Positions 25,661 to 40,700 are shown, counted from the first letter of the stretch. The stretch is DNA of 64,000 nt from Eledone cirrhosa (GCA_964016885.1 OZ024761.1:20646001-20710000); one strand, 5' to 3'. Program-made: numbers and translations. The notes: a model not told the origin generated them from the letters alone.

Positions 25661-26427
25661 CAGGTGGAGTGCATGTGTCAATAAACATGTGTGTTGTGTT
25701 GAAACTTATAAATAAATAACCCTCCCCCCATCCTCACATCCTCAACTTTTTGTTTTTGAAGTGTCATTGAGAGAACGGGGTGGGGGGTAAACCTTTATTT
25801 ATCTTAACATTCCTGGAACCTACCACCCCCCCCCCCACCTCCCACTTCAAACCTTCTGTGGACCTCTTTAAAAAGTGTGAAAAAACAAAACAAAACAAAA
25901 AAAATAATAAAAATAATAATAATAAAAATAAATAATTTGAAGCTGAGAACTACCCCCCCCCCTTTACTTTGCTCGCTCCCCTCCCTCCCTTGTTTGTGAC
26001 AATAAACACACCCCCCCAAAAAATCCCTCCTTCCCCCAGCCCCTGCACAGGCATCTTAGCATCCCAATCTACCTTCCTCATCTGTCAATTTCCTTCCTAT
26101 TTAAACCTCTTTTAGGCCTTTTTTTTTTAATGGTTTCCTTTATTATTTAATTTATTTCCTTTTTTATTTATTTTCTATTTTATTATTATTATTATTATTA
26201 TTGTTATTATTATTAATTTTTTTGTTGTTTTTTTTTTGTTTTTTTTCTCCGTTAGCCATAATGTGATCTCTGCTAGATTGTGACACACAGCTGGTCTCTG
26301 GAATATGATTTAAATGTTAAACAGTTCTTGTTCTTTGTTGTTGTTGCTGTACGCATAATTTAAATTAAATAAAGGCAAATGAAGTTTCTTTCAAAATCTT
26401 TGAGTTTTTCATATGAATCCGGTTTTA

Positions 26428-27300
26428 ATAATAATGAAATTATTGTGTACAGTGCTCAGGTGCACTACAAACCATCAAAGGTGCATGTATAGTACATAGA
26501 ATAATGTACAAATGTCAGGAAAGTGAACAGTGTATGAGTCATGATATACATGTGTGTGTGTGTATGGAGGGGGAATATCAGGTGTAATGTTGATGAATTT
26601 CGGGAAGCATGGAGGTTTTAAAGGATGCAGTGTCTCAACAGCTGACAACTGATGCAGGTAGTTGGTTCCATGGAGGTTTTAAAGGATGCAGTGTCTCGAC
26701 AGCTGACAACTGATGCAGGTAGTTGGTTCCATGGAGGTTTTAAAGGATGCAGTGTCTCGACAGCTAACAACTGATGCAGGTAGTTTGTTCCATGGAGGTT
26801 TTAAAGGATGCAGTGTCTCGACAGCTAACAACTGATGCAGGTAGTTTGTTCCATGGAGGTTTTAAAGGATGCAGTGTCTCGACAGCTAACAACTGATGCA
26901 GGTAGTTTGTTCCATGGAGGTTTTAAAGGATGCAGTGTCTCGACAGCTAACAACTGATGCAGGTAGTTTGTTCCATGGAGGTTTTAAAGGATGCAGTGTC
27001 TCGACAGCTAACAACTGATGCAGGTAGTTGGTTCCATACTTCAGCAACTCTGAGCCTGAAAAAATGTTTCTAAACGTCATAGGAGCTGTGCTGTTTTCTG
27101 ACTTTGTAGGCATGTCCACATGTGGTAGACACAGGATTTTTTTATAAAGATTTCACAGCTTTTCATACCAACCAACAAAACAACGAAGTGAAACATCCAT
27201 GAAGAGGTCACACCATTACTACTGTTGCCACATTCTAACTCGGTCTATGACACGCTAATAGGACACGTAAAGCAGCTTAAAATGGAACCAACGAGGGAGA
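26428..27300 (-). mobile_element. CR1-like LINE 3' end with internal 61-bp tandem array (7 units, 26608-27034)
   Basis: Minus strand WNKLPASVVSCRDTASFKTSMLPEI (CR1-type C-terminus), 3' UTR ...GCACCTGAGCACTGTACACAATAATTTC-(ATT)n. Confidence 0.8.
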
Positions 27301-27874
27301 GGTAAGCAGTGATATATGTATGGAATAACCTGGAGGGATTGGTACCAAACATTGGCATTGAGAGCTGGACCAACCCTCGGGGAAACTCTTTGTAATAAAT
27401 CTATAGTACCTAATAGTGATATTTTTTGTATATTTAATTAAAATAATAGATTAAAATTTAAGCAAAGAATATACATATATATATATATATATGCACACAT
27501 AAATCGTGGGGTACTCTATATAATATATATACAATGCCTTGCAGTGTTCTTTTCTACATGTTGTATATATATATATACACGTAAATCCTGGGGTACTCTA
27601 TATAATATATATATACAATACCTTGCAGTGTTCTTTTCTACATGTTGTATATATATATATATATAAATAAAAGATAGCTGCCATATTTAGTTCGCAGACA
27701 ATGGTAGAATCTGCACATCCCTGTTCTATATATCATCATCATCATTTTACGTTCGCTTTTCCCTGCTTACAAGGGTTGGATGGGTCCTATTCAGCACAGC
27801 ATTTCTCCACTTGTCCAGTCCTTCGTCATCTCCTCTGTGAGTTTCAGCAATCTGAGGTCTGCTCTCACCACCTC

Positions 27875-28021
27875 CAAGATTCAATATAGAAGAAATAGCT
27901 TCTAGAGGACTACAACTGTTTCCTTCGAATGAAACAGTTGTAGTCCTGTAGAAGCCATTTCTATATTAAATCTTGTATATATTCTATGTATTGAGTACCT
28001 TACATACTGTGGTTAACCCAA
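27875..28021. mobile_element. Fold-back palindrome (27875-27975) with hammerhead 3' half, tail ending in (CA)n (family A)
   Basis: Centre TTCGAA 27924-27929; GAAAC-AGTT-GTA^GTCC at 27931-27946. Confidence 0.8.
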
Positions 28022-28259
28022 CACACACACACACATATTATAATTATATATATATTAAATATATATATATATATATAATTATAATTATATATATATTAAA
28101 TATATATATATATATATAATTATAATTATATATATTAAATATAATATATATATAATGGGGAGGGGTTAATTTTCACCTCTTAAAGCCCATGCAATATACT
28201 TTTAATATTTTTAATCCCATAGCAAGTGCTGTGAAGAGAAACTTTCGAAATAATTTTTG

Positions 28260-28400
28260 CACCCATTTTCGCGATTAAGTAAGGACGGAGTTATCGTTCT
28301 TGAGATTTCCTCTTGGAAAATTTTAAGGAACTGATGTCGCTAAATCGTCAACTTATTTGCCTGCACTGTTGCATCATGGGAGAAGTTAGGGTTATTATTT
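28260..28400. promoter_or_regulatory. Promoter-like island with ZNF143/Staf-like site
   Basis: TGCATCATGGGA at 28370-28381, local CpGs, GAGTTATCGTTCTTG motif at 28288-28302. Confidence 0.35.
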
Positions 28401-28530
28401 TTTTTTTCAAGTTGGGCAAGTTTTTTAATTTAATCCTCGGGACGTGTTTGGTGTTTGATATAAGTAAATAGATAAAACAATTAATTCCACCCCACACTTC
28501 CCTGTAATCTGAACAACAAATTACCCTGCG

Positions 28531-28770
28531 TGTGGGAGAGGGGTTAATGTAAACAAGGAGTAATATGTAATCGCTACACCGGTTTCATAGTTACGATGGC
28601 ACCAATATTTCTTCAAAGTGCTTTTGCTACTGTATATATATAATATATATTAATATAATTTTATATATATATAGAAATATTTCTTTGAAGAAATATTGGT
28701 GCCATCGTAACTATAAAACCGGTGTAGCGATTACATATTACTCCTTGTTTACATTAACCCCTCCCGCACA
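28531..28770. mobile_element. Inverted repeat (about 88-bp arms, TA-rich spacer), each arm a degenerate hammerhead
   Basis: TTGAAGA-23 nt-(G/A)AAAC-CGGT-GTA^GCGAT with palindromic ACCGGT; abuts the start of the large satellite. Confidence 0.85.
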
Positions 28771-28774
28771 AAGA

Positions 28775-31700
28775 CATTTAAGGTGTCATTTTAGCCATTT
28801 TCGAGTCGTTATAGTCATTTATGGAGCCGTTTTAGCCATTTTAAATTCCTTTTTACACATTTAAGGAGTGTTTTAAACCTTTCATTATAGTTGATTATGC
28901 TGCCGTTTCAGTCATTTTAGTCATTCATGGTGCCGTTTTCGCCATTATAGAGTCATTTTAGTCATTTATCCATTTTAGAGTCGTTTTAGTCATTTAAGGA
29001 GACGTTTTAGCCATTTCAGACTCATTTTAGTCATTTTCGAGTCGTTTTAGTCATTTATGGAGCCATTTTAGCGTCGATTTTTAGCCCTTTTACATGTAGG
29101 CATAGCGCCTCTGTTACGTTGGTTGGCAATTTAGTCCGAGAATGACCATATATAAACTGAAAAGATCCCGTTTCGTATTATCCCGTACTCTACATAAAAC
29201 AGTGGAGATACGTCAGAATGTTATCTATTTTTAGCCATTTAAGAGTCGTTTTAGTCATTTTTGTTTTGGTCATATAAGGAGAGGTTTTAGATATTTCTAA
29301 ACTCATTTGGTCATTCGTTTTAGTCATTTAAGCTCTCGTTTTAGCCGTTTTAGTCATTTTGGCAATTGTAGCGTCGTTTTAGCCATTTTAGAGTGGTTTT
29401 ACTCATTTAAGGAGTATTTCTGTCATTTCAGAGTCGTTTTAGTCAATTTAGAGTCATCTTAGTAATTTAAGGTGTCAATAGGGTCATTTTAGAGTCGTTT
29501 TACTCATTTAAGGTGTCATTTGGGCTATTTTAGAGTCATTTTAATCATTTCAGAGTCATTTTAGTCATTTATGGTGCCATCACAGCCTTTGTAGTGTCAT
29601 TCTATCAATTATAGAGTCCGTTTTAGCCATTATAGAGTAATTTTAGTCATTTAAGGTGTGTTTTAGCCATCTTAGAGTCGTTTTATGGTGCCGTTACAGC
29701 CCTTTTAGTGTCATTTTATCAATTACAGAGTCCGTTATAGCCCTTGTAGAGTCATTTTAGCCATTTTAGAGGGGTTTTACTCATTTAAGGAGAGTTTTAG
29801 CCATTTTAGAGGGATTTTAGACTCATTGAGGGTCGTTTTACTAATATAAGGAGTGTTTTAGCCATTTTAGAGACGTTTCAGTCATTTATGGTGCCGTTAC
29901 AGCCCTTTTAGTGTCATTTTATCAATTATAGAGTCCGTTATAGCCCTTATAGAGTCATTATAGCCATTTTAGTGTCATTTTAGCCATTTTAGAGTGGTTT
30001 TACTCATTTAAGGAGTGTTTTAGCCATTTTAGAGGGATTTTAGACATTTGAGAGTCTTTTACTAATTTAAGGAGTGTTTTAGACAATTGATAGTCGTTTT
30101 ACTAATTTAAGGAGTGTTTTAGCCATTTTAGAGACGTTTTAGTCATTTATGGTGCCGTTACAGCCCTTTTGATGTCATTTTATCAATTATAGAGTCCGTT
30201 ATAGCCCTTATAGAGTCATGTTAGCCATTTTAGCGTCATTTTAGCCATTTTAGAGTGGTTTTACTCATTTAAGCAGTGTTTTAGCCATTTTAGAAGGATT
30301 TTAGACTCATTGAGAGTCGTTTTACTAATTTAAAAAGTGTTTTAGCCATTTTAGAGACGTGTTAGTCATTTATGGTGCCGTTACAGTCCTTTTAGTGTCA
30401 TTTTATCAATTATAGAGTCCGTTATAGCCCTTATAGTATCATTTTAGCCATTTTAGAGTGGTTTTACTCATTTAAGGAGTGTTTTAGCCAATTTAGAGAC
30501 GTGTTAGTCATTTATGGTGCCGTTACACCCCTTTTAGTGTCATTTTTTCAATTATAGAGTCCGTTATAGCCCTTATAGTATCATTTTAGCCATTTTAGCG
30601 TCCTTTTAGCCATTTTAGAGTGGTTTTACTCATTTAAGGAGTGTTTTAGCATTTTAGAGGGATTTTAGATATTTGAGAGTCGTTTTACTAATTTAAGGAG
30701 TGTTTTAGATATTTTAGAGACGTTTTAGTCATTTATGGTGCCGGTACAGCCCTTTTCGTGTCATTTTATCAATTATAGAGTCCGTTGTAGCCCTTATAGC
30801 GTCATTTTAGCGTCATTTTAGCCATTTTAGAGTGGTTTTACTCATTTAAGGAGTTTTTTAGCCATTTTAGAGGGATTTTAGGCTCATTGAGAGTCGTTTT
30901 ACTAATTTAAGGAGAGTTTTAGCCCTTTTAGAGATGTTTTAGTCATTTATGGTGCCGTTACAGCCCTTTTCGTGTCATTTTATCAATTATAGAGTCCGTT
31001 ATAGCCCTTATAGAGTCATGTTAGCCATTTTAGAGTCGGTTTACTCATTTAAGCAGTGTTTTAGCCATTTTAAAAGGATTTTAGACTCATTGAGAGTCCT
31101 TTTACTAATTTAAGGAGTGTTTTAGTCATTTTAGAGACATTTCAGTCATTTATGGTGCCGTTACAGCCCTTTTAGTCTCATTTTATCAATTATAGAGTCC
31201 GTTATAGCCCTTATAGAGTCATTTTAGCGTTATTTTAGCCATTTTAGAGTGATTTTACTCATTTAAGGAGTGATTTAGCCATTTTAGAGGGATTTTAGTC
31301 ATTTGAGAGTCGTTTTACTAATTTAAGGAGTGCTTTAGCCATATTAGAGACGTTTTAGTCATTTATGGTGCCGTTACAGCCCTTTTAGTGTCCGTTTATC
31401 AATTATAGAGTCCGTTATAGCCCTTATAGTGTCATTATAGCCATTTTAGAGTGGTATTACTCATTTAAGGAGTGTTTTAGCCATTTTAGAGGGATTTTAG
31501 ACATTTGAGAGTCGTTTTACTAATTTAAGGAGTGTTTTAGAAATTTTAGAGACGTTTTAGTCATTTATGGTGCCGTTACAGCCCTTTTCGTGTCATTTTA
31601 TCAATTATAGAGTCCGTTGTAGCCCTTATAGCGTCATTTTAGCCATTTTAGCGTCATTTTAGCCATTTTAGAGTGGTTTTACTCATTTAAGGAGTTTTTC

Positions 31701-34700
31701 AGCCATTTTAGAGAGAATTTAGGCTCATTGAGAGTCGTTTTACTAATTTAAGGAGAGTTTTAGCCATTTTAGAGATGTTTTAGTCATTTATGGTGCCGTT
31801 ACAGTCCTTTTCGTGTCATTTTATCAATTATAGAGTCCGTTATAGCCCTTATAGAGTCATTTTAGCGTCATTTTAGCCATTTTAGAGTGATTTTACTCAT
31901 TTAAGGAGTGATTTAGCCATTTTAGAGGGATTTTAGTCATTTAAGAGTCGTTTTACTAATTTAAGGAATGCTTTAGCCATGTTAGAGACGTTTTAGTCAT
32001 TTATGGTGCCGTTACAGCCCTTTTAGTGTCCGTTTATCAATTATACAGTCCGTTATAGCCCTTATAGTGACATTTTAGCCATTTTAGAGTGGTATTACTC
32101 ATTTAAGGGGTGTTTTAGCCATTTTAGAGGGATTTTAGACATTTGAGAGTCGTTCTACTAATTTAAGGAGTGTTTTAGAAATTTTAGAGACGTTTTAGTC
32201 ATTTATGGTGCCGTTACAGCCCTTTTAGTGTCATTTTATCAATTATAGAGTCCGTTGTAGCCCTTATAGCGTCATTTTAGCCATTTTAGCGTCATTTTAG
32301 CCATTTTAGAGTGGTTTTACTCATTTAAGGAGTGTTTTAGCCATTTTAGAGGGATTTTAGACTCATTGAGAGTTGTTTTACTAATTTAAGGAGTGTTTTA
32401 GCCATTTCAGGGACGTGTTAGTCATTTATGGTGCCGTTTCACCCCTTTTAGTGTCATTTTATCAATTATAGAGTCCGTTATAGCCCTTATAGTATCATTT
32501 TAGCCATTTTAGCATCCTTTTAGCCATTTTAGAGTGGTTTTACTCATTTAAGGAGTGTTTTAGCAATTTTAGAGGGATTTTAGATATTTGAGAGTCGTTT
32601 TACTAATTTAAGGAGTGTTTTAGATATTTTAGAGACGTTTTAGTCATTTATGGTGCCGTTACAGCCCTTTTCGTGTCATTTTATCAATTATAGAGTCCGT
32701 TGTAGCCCTTATAGCGTCATTTTAGCCATTTTAGCGTCATTTTAGCCATTTTAGAGTGGTTTTACTCATTTAAGGAGTTTTTCAGCCATTTTAGAGGGAA
32801 TTTAGGCTCATTGAGAGTCGTTTTACTAATTTAAGGAGAGTTTTAGCCATTTTAGAGATGTTTTAGTCATTTATGGTGCCGTTACAGTCCTTTTCGTGTC
32901 ATTTTATCAATTATAGAGTCCGTTATAGCCCTTATAGAGTCATTTTAGCGACATTTTAGCCATTTTAGAGTGATTTTACTCATTTAAGGAGTGATTNNNN
33001 NNNNNNNNNNNNNNNNNNNNNNNNNNNNNNNNNNNNNNNNNNNNNNNNNNNNNNNNNNNNNNNNNNNNNNNNNNNNNNNNNNNNNNNNNNNNNNNNNNNN
33101 NNNNNNNNNNNNNNNNNNNNNNNNNNNNNNNNNNNNNNNNNNNNNNNNNNNNNNNNNNNNNNNNNNNNNNNNNNNNNNNNNNNNNNNNNNNNNNNNCATT
33201 TAAGAGTGGTTTTACTCATTTAAGGAGTGTTTTAGCCATTTTAGATGGATTTTAGTCATTTGAGAGTCCTTTTACTAATTGAAGGAGTGTTTTAGCCGTT
33301 TTAGAGTCGTTTTAGTCATTTATGGTGCCGTTACAGCCCTTTTAGTGTCATTTTATCAATTATAGAGTTCGTTATAGCCCTTATAGAGTCATTTTAGCCA
33401 TTTTAGAGTGGTTTTACTCATTTAAGGAGTGTTTTAGCCATTTTAGAAGGATTTTAGACATTTGAGAGTCGTTTTACTAATTTAAGGAGTATTTTAGCCA
33501 TTTTAGAGAAGTTTTAGTCATTTATGCTGCCGTTAAAGCCCTTTTCGTGTCATTTTATCAATTAAAATTCCGTAATAGCCCTTATAGAGTCATTTTAGCC
33601 ATTTTAGCGTTATGTTAGCCATTTTAGAGTGATTTTATTCATTTAAGGAGTGTTTTAGCCATTTTAGAGGGATTTTAGACATTTGAGAGTCGTTTTACTA
33701 ATTTAAGGAGTGTTTTAGCCATTTTAGAGGGATTTTAGTCATTTTAGAGTCGTTTTAGTCATTTATGGTGCCGTTACAGCCTTTTTAGTGTCATTTTATC
33801 AATTATAGAGTCCGTTATAGCCCTTATAGAGTCATCTCAGCCATTTTAGAGTGGTGTTACTCATTTAAGGAGTGTTTTAGCCATTTTAGAAGGATTTTAG
33901 ACATTTGAGAGTCGTTTTACTGATTTAAAGGAGTTTTTCAGCCATTCTAGAGACGTTTTAGTCATTTATGGTGCCGTTACAGCCCTTTTAGTGTCATATT
34001 ATCAATTATAGAGTCCGTAATAGCCCTTATAGAGTATTTTAGCCATTTAAGAGTGGTTTTACTCATTTAAGGAGTGTTTTAGCCATTTTAGAGGGATTTT
34101 AGACATTTGAGAGTCGTTTTACTAATTTTAAGGAGTGTTTTAGCCATTTTAGAAACGTTTTAGTCATTGATGGCGCCGTTACAGCCCTTTTAGTCTCATT
34201 TTATCAATTATAGAGTCCGGTATAGCCCTTATAGAGTCAATTTAGCCATTTAAGAGTGGTTTTACTCATTTAAGGAGTGTTTTAGCCATTTTAGAGTGGT
34301 TTTACTCATTTGAGAGTCGTTTTACTAATTTAAGGAGTGTTTTAGCCGTTTTAGAGTCGTTTTAGTCATTTATGGTGCCGTTACAGCCCTTTTAGTGTCA
34401 TTTTATCAATTATAGAGTCCGTTATAGCCCTTATAGAGTCAATTTAGCCATTTAAGAGTGGTTTCACTCATTTAAGGAGTGTTTTAGCCATTTTAGATGG
34501 ATTTTAGTCATTTGAGAGTCCTTTTACTAATTTAAGGAGTGTTTTAGCCGTTTTAGAGTCGTTTTAGTCATTTATGGTGCCGTTACAGCCCATTTAGTGT
34601 CATTTTATCAATTATAGAGTTCGTTATAGCCCTTATAGAGTCATTTTAGCCATTTTAGCGTCATCTTAGCCATTTTAGAGTGGTTTTACTCATTTAAGGA

Positions 34701-37700
34701 GTCTTTTAGCCATTTTGGAGGGATGTTAGACATTTAAGAGTCGTTTTACTAATTTAAGGAGTGTTTTAGCCATTTTAGAGACGTTTTAGTCCTTTATGGT
34801 GCCGTTACAGCTTTTTTAGTGTCATTTTATCAATTATAGAGTCCGTTATAGCCCTTATAGTGTCATTTTAGCCATTTTAGAGTGGTTTTACTCATTTAAG
34901 GAGTGTTTTAGCCATTTTAGAGGGATTTTAGACATTTGAGAGTCGTTTTACTAATTTAAGGAGTGTATTAGCCATTTTAGAGAAGTTTTAGTCATTTATG
35001 GTGCCGTTACAGCCCTTTTAGTGTCATTTTATCAATTATAGAGTCCGTTATAGCCCATATAGAGTCATTTTAGCCATTTTAGAGTGGTTTTACTCATTTA
35101 AGGAGTGTTTTAGCCATTTTAGAGGGATTTTAGACATTTGAGAGTCGTTTTACTGATTTAAAGGAGTTTTTCAGCCATTCTAGAGACGTTTTAGTCATTT
35201 ATGGTGCCGTTACAGCCCTTTTAGTGTCATATTATCAATTATAGAGTCCGTAATAGCCCTTATAGAGTCATTTTAGCCATTTTAGCGTTATGTTAGCCAT
35301 TTTAGAGTGATTTTACTCATTTAAGGAGTGTTTTAGCGATTTTAGAGGGATTTTAGACATTTGAGAGTCGTTTTACTAATTTAAGGAGTGTTTTAGCCAT
35401 TTTAGAGTCGTTTTAGTCATTTATGGTGCCGTTACAGCCCTTTTAGTGTCCGTTTATCAAGTATAGAGTCCGTTATAACCCTTATAGTGTCATTTTAGCC
35501 ATTTTAGAGTGGTTTTACTCATTTAAGGAGTGTTTTAGCCATTTTAGAGGATTTTAGACATTTGAGAGTCGTTTTACTAATTTCAAGGAGTGTTTTAGCC
35601 ATTTTAGAGACGTTTTAGTCATTTATGGTGCCGTTACAGCCCTTTTAGTGTCATTTTATCAATTATAGAGTCCGTTATAGCCCTTATAGAGTCAATTTAG
35701 CCATTTAAGAGTGGTTTTACTCATTTAAGGAGTGTTTTAGCCATTTTAGAATGATTTTAGTCGTTTGAGAGTCGTTTTACTAATTTAAGGAGTGTTTTAG
35801 CCGTTTTAGAGTCGTTTTAGTCATTTATGGTGCCGTAACAGCCCATTTAGTGTCATTTTATCAATTATAGAGTTCGTTATAGCCCTTATAGATTCATTTT
35901 AGCCATTTTAGAGTGGTTTTACTCATTTAAGGAGTGTTTTAGCCATTTTAGAGGGATTTTAGACATTTGAGAGTCGTTTTACTAATTTAAGGAGTATTTT
36001 AGCCGTTTTAGAGAAGTTTTAGTCATTTATGGTGCCGTTACAGCCCTTTTAGTGTCATTTTATCAATTATAGAGTCCGTAATAGCCCTTATAGAGTCATT
36101 TTAGCCATTTTAGCGTTATTTTAGCCATTTTAGATTGGTTTTACTCATTTAAGGAGTCTTTTAGCCATTTTGGAGGGATTTTAGACATTTGAGAGTCGTT
36201 TTACTAATTTAAGGAGTGTTTTAGCCATTTTAGAGACGTTTTAGTCCTTTATGGTGCCGTTACAGCCCTTTTAGTGTCATTTTATCAATTATAGAGTCCG
36301 TAATAGCCCTTATAGAGTCATTTTAGCCATTTTAGCGTTATGTTAGCCATTTTAGAGTGATTTTACTCATTTAAGGAGTGTTTTAGCGATGTTAGAGGGA
36401 TTTTAGTCAGTTGAGAGTCGTTTTACTAATTTAAGGAGTGTTTTAGCCATTTTAGAGTCGTTTTAGTCATTTATGGTGCCGTTACAGCCCTTTTAGTGTC
36501 CGTTTATCAATTATAGAGTCCGTTATAGCCCTTATTGAGTCATTTTAGCCATTTTAGAGTGGTTTTACTCATTTAAGGAGTGTTTTAGCCATTTTAGAGG
36601 GATTTTAGACATTTGAGAGTCGTTTTACTAATTTTAAGGAGTGTTTTAGCCATTTTAGAGAGACGTTTTAGTCATTTATGGTGCCGTTACAGCCCTTTTA
36701 GTGTCATTTTATCAATTATAGAGTCCGTTTTAGCCCTTATAGAGTCAATTTAGCCATTTAAGAGTGGTTTTATTCATTTAAGGAGTGCTTTAGCCATTTT
36801 AGAGGGATTTTAGTCATTTGAGAGACGTTTTACTAATTTAAGGAGTGTTTTAGCCGTTTTAGAGTCGTTTTAGTCATTTATGGTGCCGTTACAGCCCTTT
36901 TAGTGTCATTTTATCAATTATAGAGTCCGTTATAGCCCTTATAGAGTCAATTTAGCCATTTAAGAGAGGTTTTACTCATTTAAGGAGTGTTTTAGCCATT
37001 TTAGATGGATTTTAGTCATTTGAGAGTCCTTTTACTAATTGAAGGAGTGTTTTAGCCGTTTTAGAGTCGTTTTAGTCATTTATGGTGCCGTTACAGCCCT
37101 TTTAGTGTCATTTTATCAATTATAGAGTTCGTTATAGCCCTTATAGAGTCATTTTAGCCATTTTAGAGTGGTTTTACTCATTTAAGGAGTGTTTTAGCCA
37201 TTTTAGAAGGATTTTAGACATTTGAGAGTCGTTTTACTAATTTAAGGAGTATTTTAGCCATTTTAGAGAAGTTTTAGTCATTTATGCTGCCGTTAAAGCC
37301 CTTTTCGTGTCATTTTATCAATTAAAATTCCGTAATAGCCCTTATAGAGTCATTTTAGCCATTTTAGCGTTACGTTAGCCATTTTAGAGTGATTTTATTC
37401 ATTTAAGGAGTGTTTTAGCCATTTTAGAGGATTTTAGACATTTGAGAGTCGTTTTACTAATTTAAGGAGTGTTTTAGCCATTTTAGAGGGATTTTAGTCA
37501 TTTTAGAGTCGTTTTAGTCATTTATGGTGCCGTTACAGCCTTTTTAGTGTCATTTTATCAATTATAGAGTCCGTTATAGCCCTTATAGAGTCATCTCAGC
37601 CATTTTAGAGTGGTGTTACTCATTTAAGGAGTGTTTTAGCCATTTTAGAGGGATTTTAGACATTTGAGAGTCGTTTTACTGATTTAAAGGAGTTTTTCAG

Positions 37701-40700
37701 CCATTCTAGAGACGTTTTAGTCATTTATGGTGCCGTTACAGCCCTTTTAGTGTCATATTATCAATTATAGAGTCCGTAATAGCCCTTATAGAGTCATTTT
37801 AGCCATTTTAGCGTTATGTTAGCCATTTTAGAGTGATTTTACTCATTTAAGGAGTGTTTTAGCGATGTTAGAGGGATTTTAGACATTTGAGAGTCGTTTT
37901 ACTAATTTAAGGAGTGTTTTAGCCATTTTAGAGTCGTTTTAGTCATTTATGGTGCCGTTACAGCCCTTTTAGTGTCCGTTTATCAATTATAGAGTCCGTT
38001 ATAGCCCTTATAGAGTCATTTAGCCATTTAAGAGTGGTTTTACTCATTTAAGGAGTGTTTTAGCCATTTTAGAGGGATTTTAGACATTTGAGAGTCGTTT
38101 TACTAATTTTAAGGAGTGTTTTAGCCATTTTAGAAACGTTTTAGTCATTGATGGCGCCGTTACAGCCCTTTTAGTCTCATTTTATCAATTATAGAGTCCG
38201 GTATAGCCCTTATAGAGTCAATTTAGCCATTTAAGAGTGGTTTTACTCATTTAAGGAGTGTTTTAGCCATTTTAGAGTGGTTTTACTCATTTGAGAGTCG
38301 TTTTACTAATTTAAGGAGTGTTTTAGCCGTTTTAGAGTCGTTTTAGTCATTTATGGTGCCGTTACAGCCCTTTTAGTGTCATTTTATCAATTATAGAGTC
38401 CGTTATAGCCCTTATAGAGTCAATTTAGCCATTTAAGAGTGGTTTCACTCATTTAAGGAGTGTTTTAGCCATTTTAGATGGATTTTAGTCATTTGAGAGT
38501 CCTTTTACTAATTTAAGGAGTGTTTTAGCCGTTTTAGAGTCGTTTTAGTCATTTATGGTGCCGTTACAGCCCATTTAGTGTCATTTTATCAATTATAGAG
38601 TTCGTTATAGCCCTTATAGAGTCATTTTAGCCATTTTAGCGTCATCTTAGCCATTTTAGAGTGGTTTTACTCATTTAAGGAGTCTTTTAGCCATTTTGGA
38701 GGGATGTTAGACATTTAAGAGTCGTTTTACTAATTTAAGGAGTGTTTTAGCCATTTTAGAGACGTTTTAGTCCTTTATGGTGCCGTTACAGCTTTTTTAG
38801 TGTCATTTTATCAATTATAGAGTCCGTTATAGCCCTTATAGTGTCATTTTAGCCATTTTAGAGTGGTTTTACTCATTTAAGGAGTGTTTTAGCCATTTTA
38901 GAGGGATTTTAGACATTTGAGAGTCGTTTTACTAATTTAAGGAGTGTATTAGCCATTTTAGAGAAGTTTTAGTCATTTATGGTGCCGTTACAGCCCTTTT
39001 AGTGTCATTTTATCAATTATAGAGTCCGTTATAGCCCATATAGAGTCATTTTAGCCATTTTAGAGTGGTTTTACTCATTTAAGGAGTGTTTTAGCCATTT
39101 TAGAGGGATTTTAGACATTTGAGAGTCGTTTTACTAATTTAAGGAGTGTATTAGCCATTTTAGAGAAGTTTTAGTCATTTATGGTGCCGTTACAGCCCAT
39201 TTAGTGTCATTTTATCAATTATAGAGTTCGTTATAGCCCTTATAGAGTCATTTTAGCCATTTTAGAGTCGTTTTACTAATTTAAGGAGTATTTTAGCCAT
39301 TTTAGAGAAGTTTTAGTCATTTATGGTGCCGTTACAGCCCTTTTAGTGTCATTTTATCAATTATAGAGTCCGTTATAGCCCTTATAGAGTCATTTTAGCC
39401 ATTTTAGCGTCATTTTAGCCATTTTAGAGTGGTTTTACTCATTTAAGGAGTCTTTTAGCCATTTTGGAGGGATTTTAGACATTTGAGAGTCGTTTTACTA
39501 ATTTAAGGAGTGTTTTAGCCATTTTAGAGACGTTTTAGTCCTTTATGGTGCCGTTACAGCCCTTTTAGTGTCATTTTATCAATTGTAGAGGCCGTTATAG
39601 CCCTTATAGTGTCATTTTAGCCATTTTAGAGTGGTTTTACTCATTTAAGGAGTGTTTTAGCCATTTTAGAGGGATTTTAGACATTTGAGAGTCGTTTTAC
39701 TAACTTTAAGGAGTGTTCTAGCCATTTTAGAGGGATTTTAGACACTTGAGAGTCGTTTTACTGATTTTAAGGAGTGTTTTAGCCATTTTAGAGTGATTTT
39801 AGACATTTGAGAGTCGTTTTACTGATTTAAAGGAGTTTTTCAGCCATTCTAGAGACGTTTTAGTCATTTATGGTGCCGTTACAGCCCTTTTAGTGTCATT
39901 TTATCAATTATAGAGTCCGTAATAGCCCATATAGCGTCATTTTAGCCATTTTAGCGTTATGTTAGCCATTTTAGAGTGATTTTACTCATTTAAGGAGTGT
40001 TTTAGCCATTTTAGAGGGATTTTAGACCTTTGAGAGTCGTTTTACTAATTTAAGGAGTGTTTTAGCCATTTTAGAGACGTTTTAGTCATTTATGGTGCCG
40101 TTACAGCCCTTTTAGTGTCATTGTATCAATTATAGAGTCCGTTATAGCTTTTATAGAGTCATTTTAGCCGTTTTAGAGTGGTTTTACTCATTTAAGGAGT
40201 GTTTTAGCCATTTTAGAGGGATTTTAGACCTTTGAGAGTCGTTTTACTAATTTAAGGAGTGTTTTAGCCATTTTAGAGACGTTTTAGTCATTTATGGTGC
40301 CGTTACAGCCCTTTTAGTGTCATTTTATCAATTATAGAGTCCGTTATAGCCCTTATAGAGTCATTTTAGCCATTTTAGCGTCATTTTAGCCATTTTAGAT
40401 TGGTTTTACTCATTTAAGGAGTGTTTTAGCCATTTTAGAGGGATTTTAGACATTTGAGAGTCGTTTTACTAATTTTAAGGAGTGTTTTAGCCATTTTAGA
40501 GACGTTTTAGTCATTTATGGTGCCGTTACAGCCCTTTTAGTGTCATTGTATCAATTATAGGGTCCGTTATAGCCCTTATAGAGTCATTTTAGCCATTTTA
40601 GAGTGGTTTTACTCATTTAAGGAGTGTTTTAGCCATTTTAGAGGGATTTTAGACATTTGAGAGTCGTTTTACTAATTTTAAGGAGTGTTTTAGCCATTTT

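Noticed and set aside
24814-25681. Long Tyr/Ile/Met ORFs
   Set aside because: (TA)n microsatellite artefacts
29090-29228. Unique insert in the satellite edge with minus-strand CTGACGT...GAAAC
   Set aside because: Core and stems I/III do not fit a hammerhead; origin unresolved
32980-33219. ORFs across the N run
   Set aside because: Assembly gap artefact
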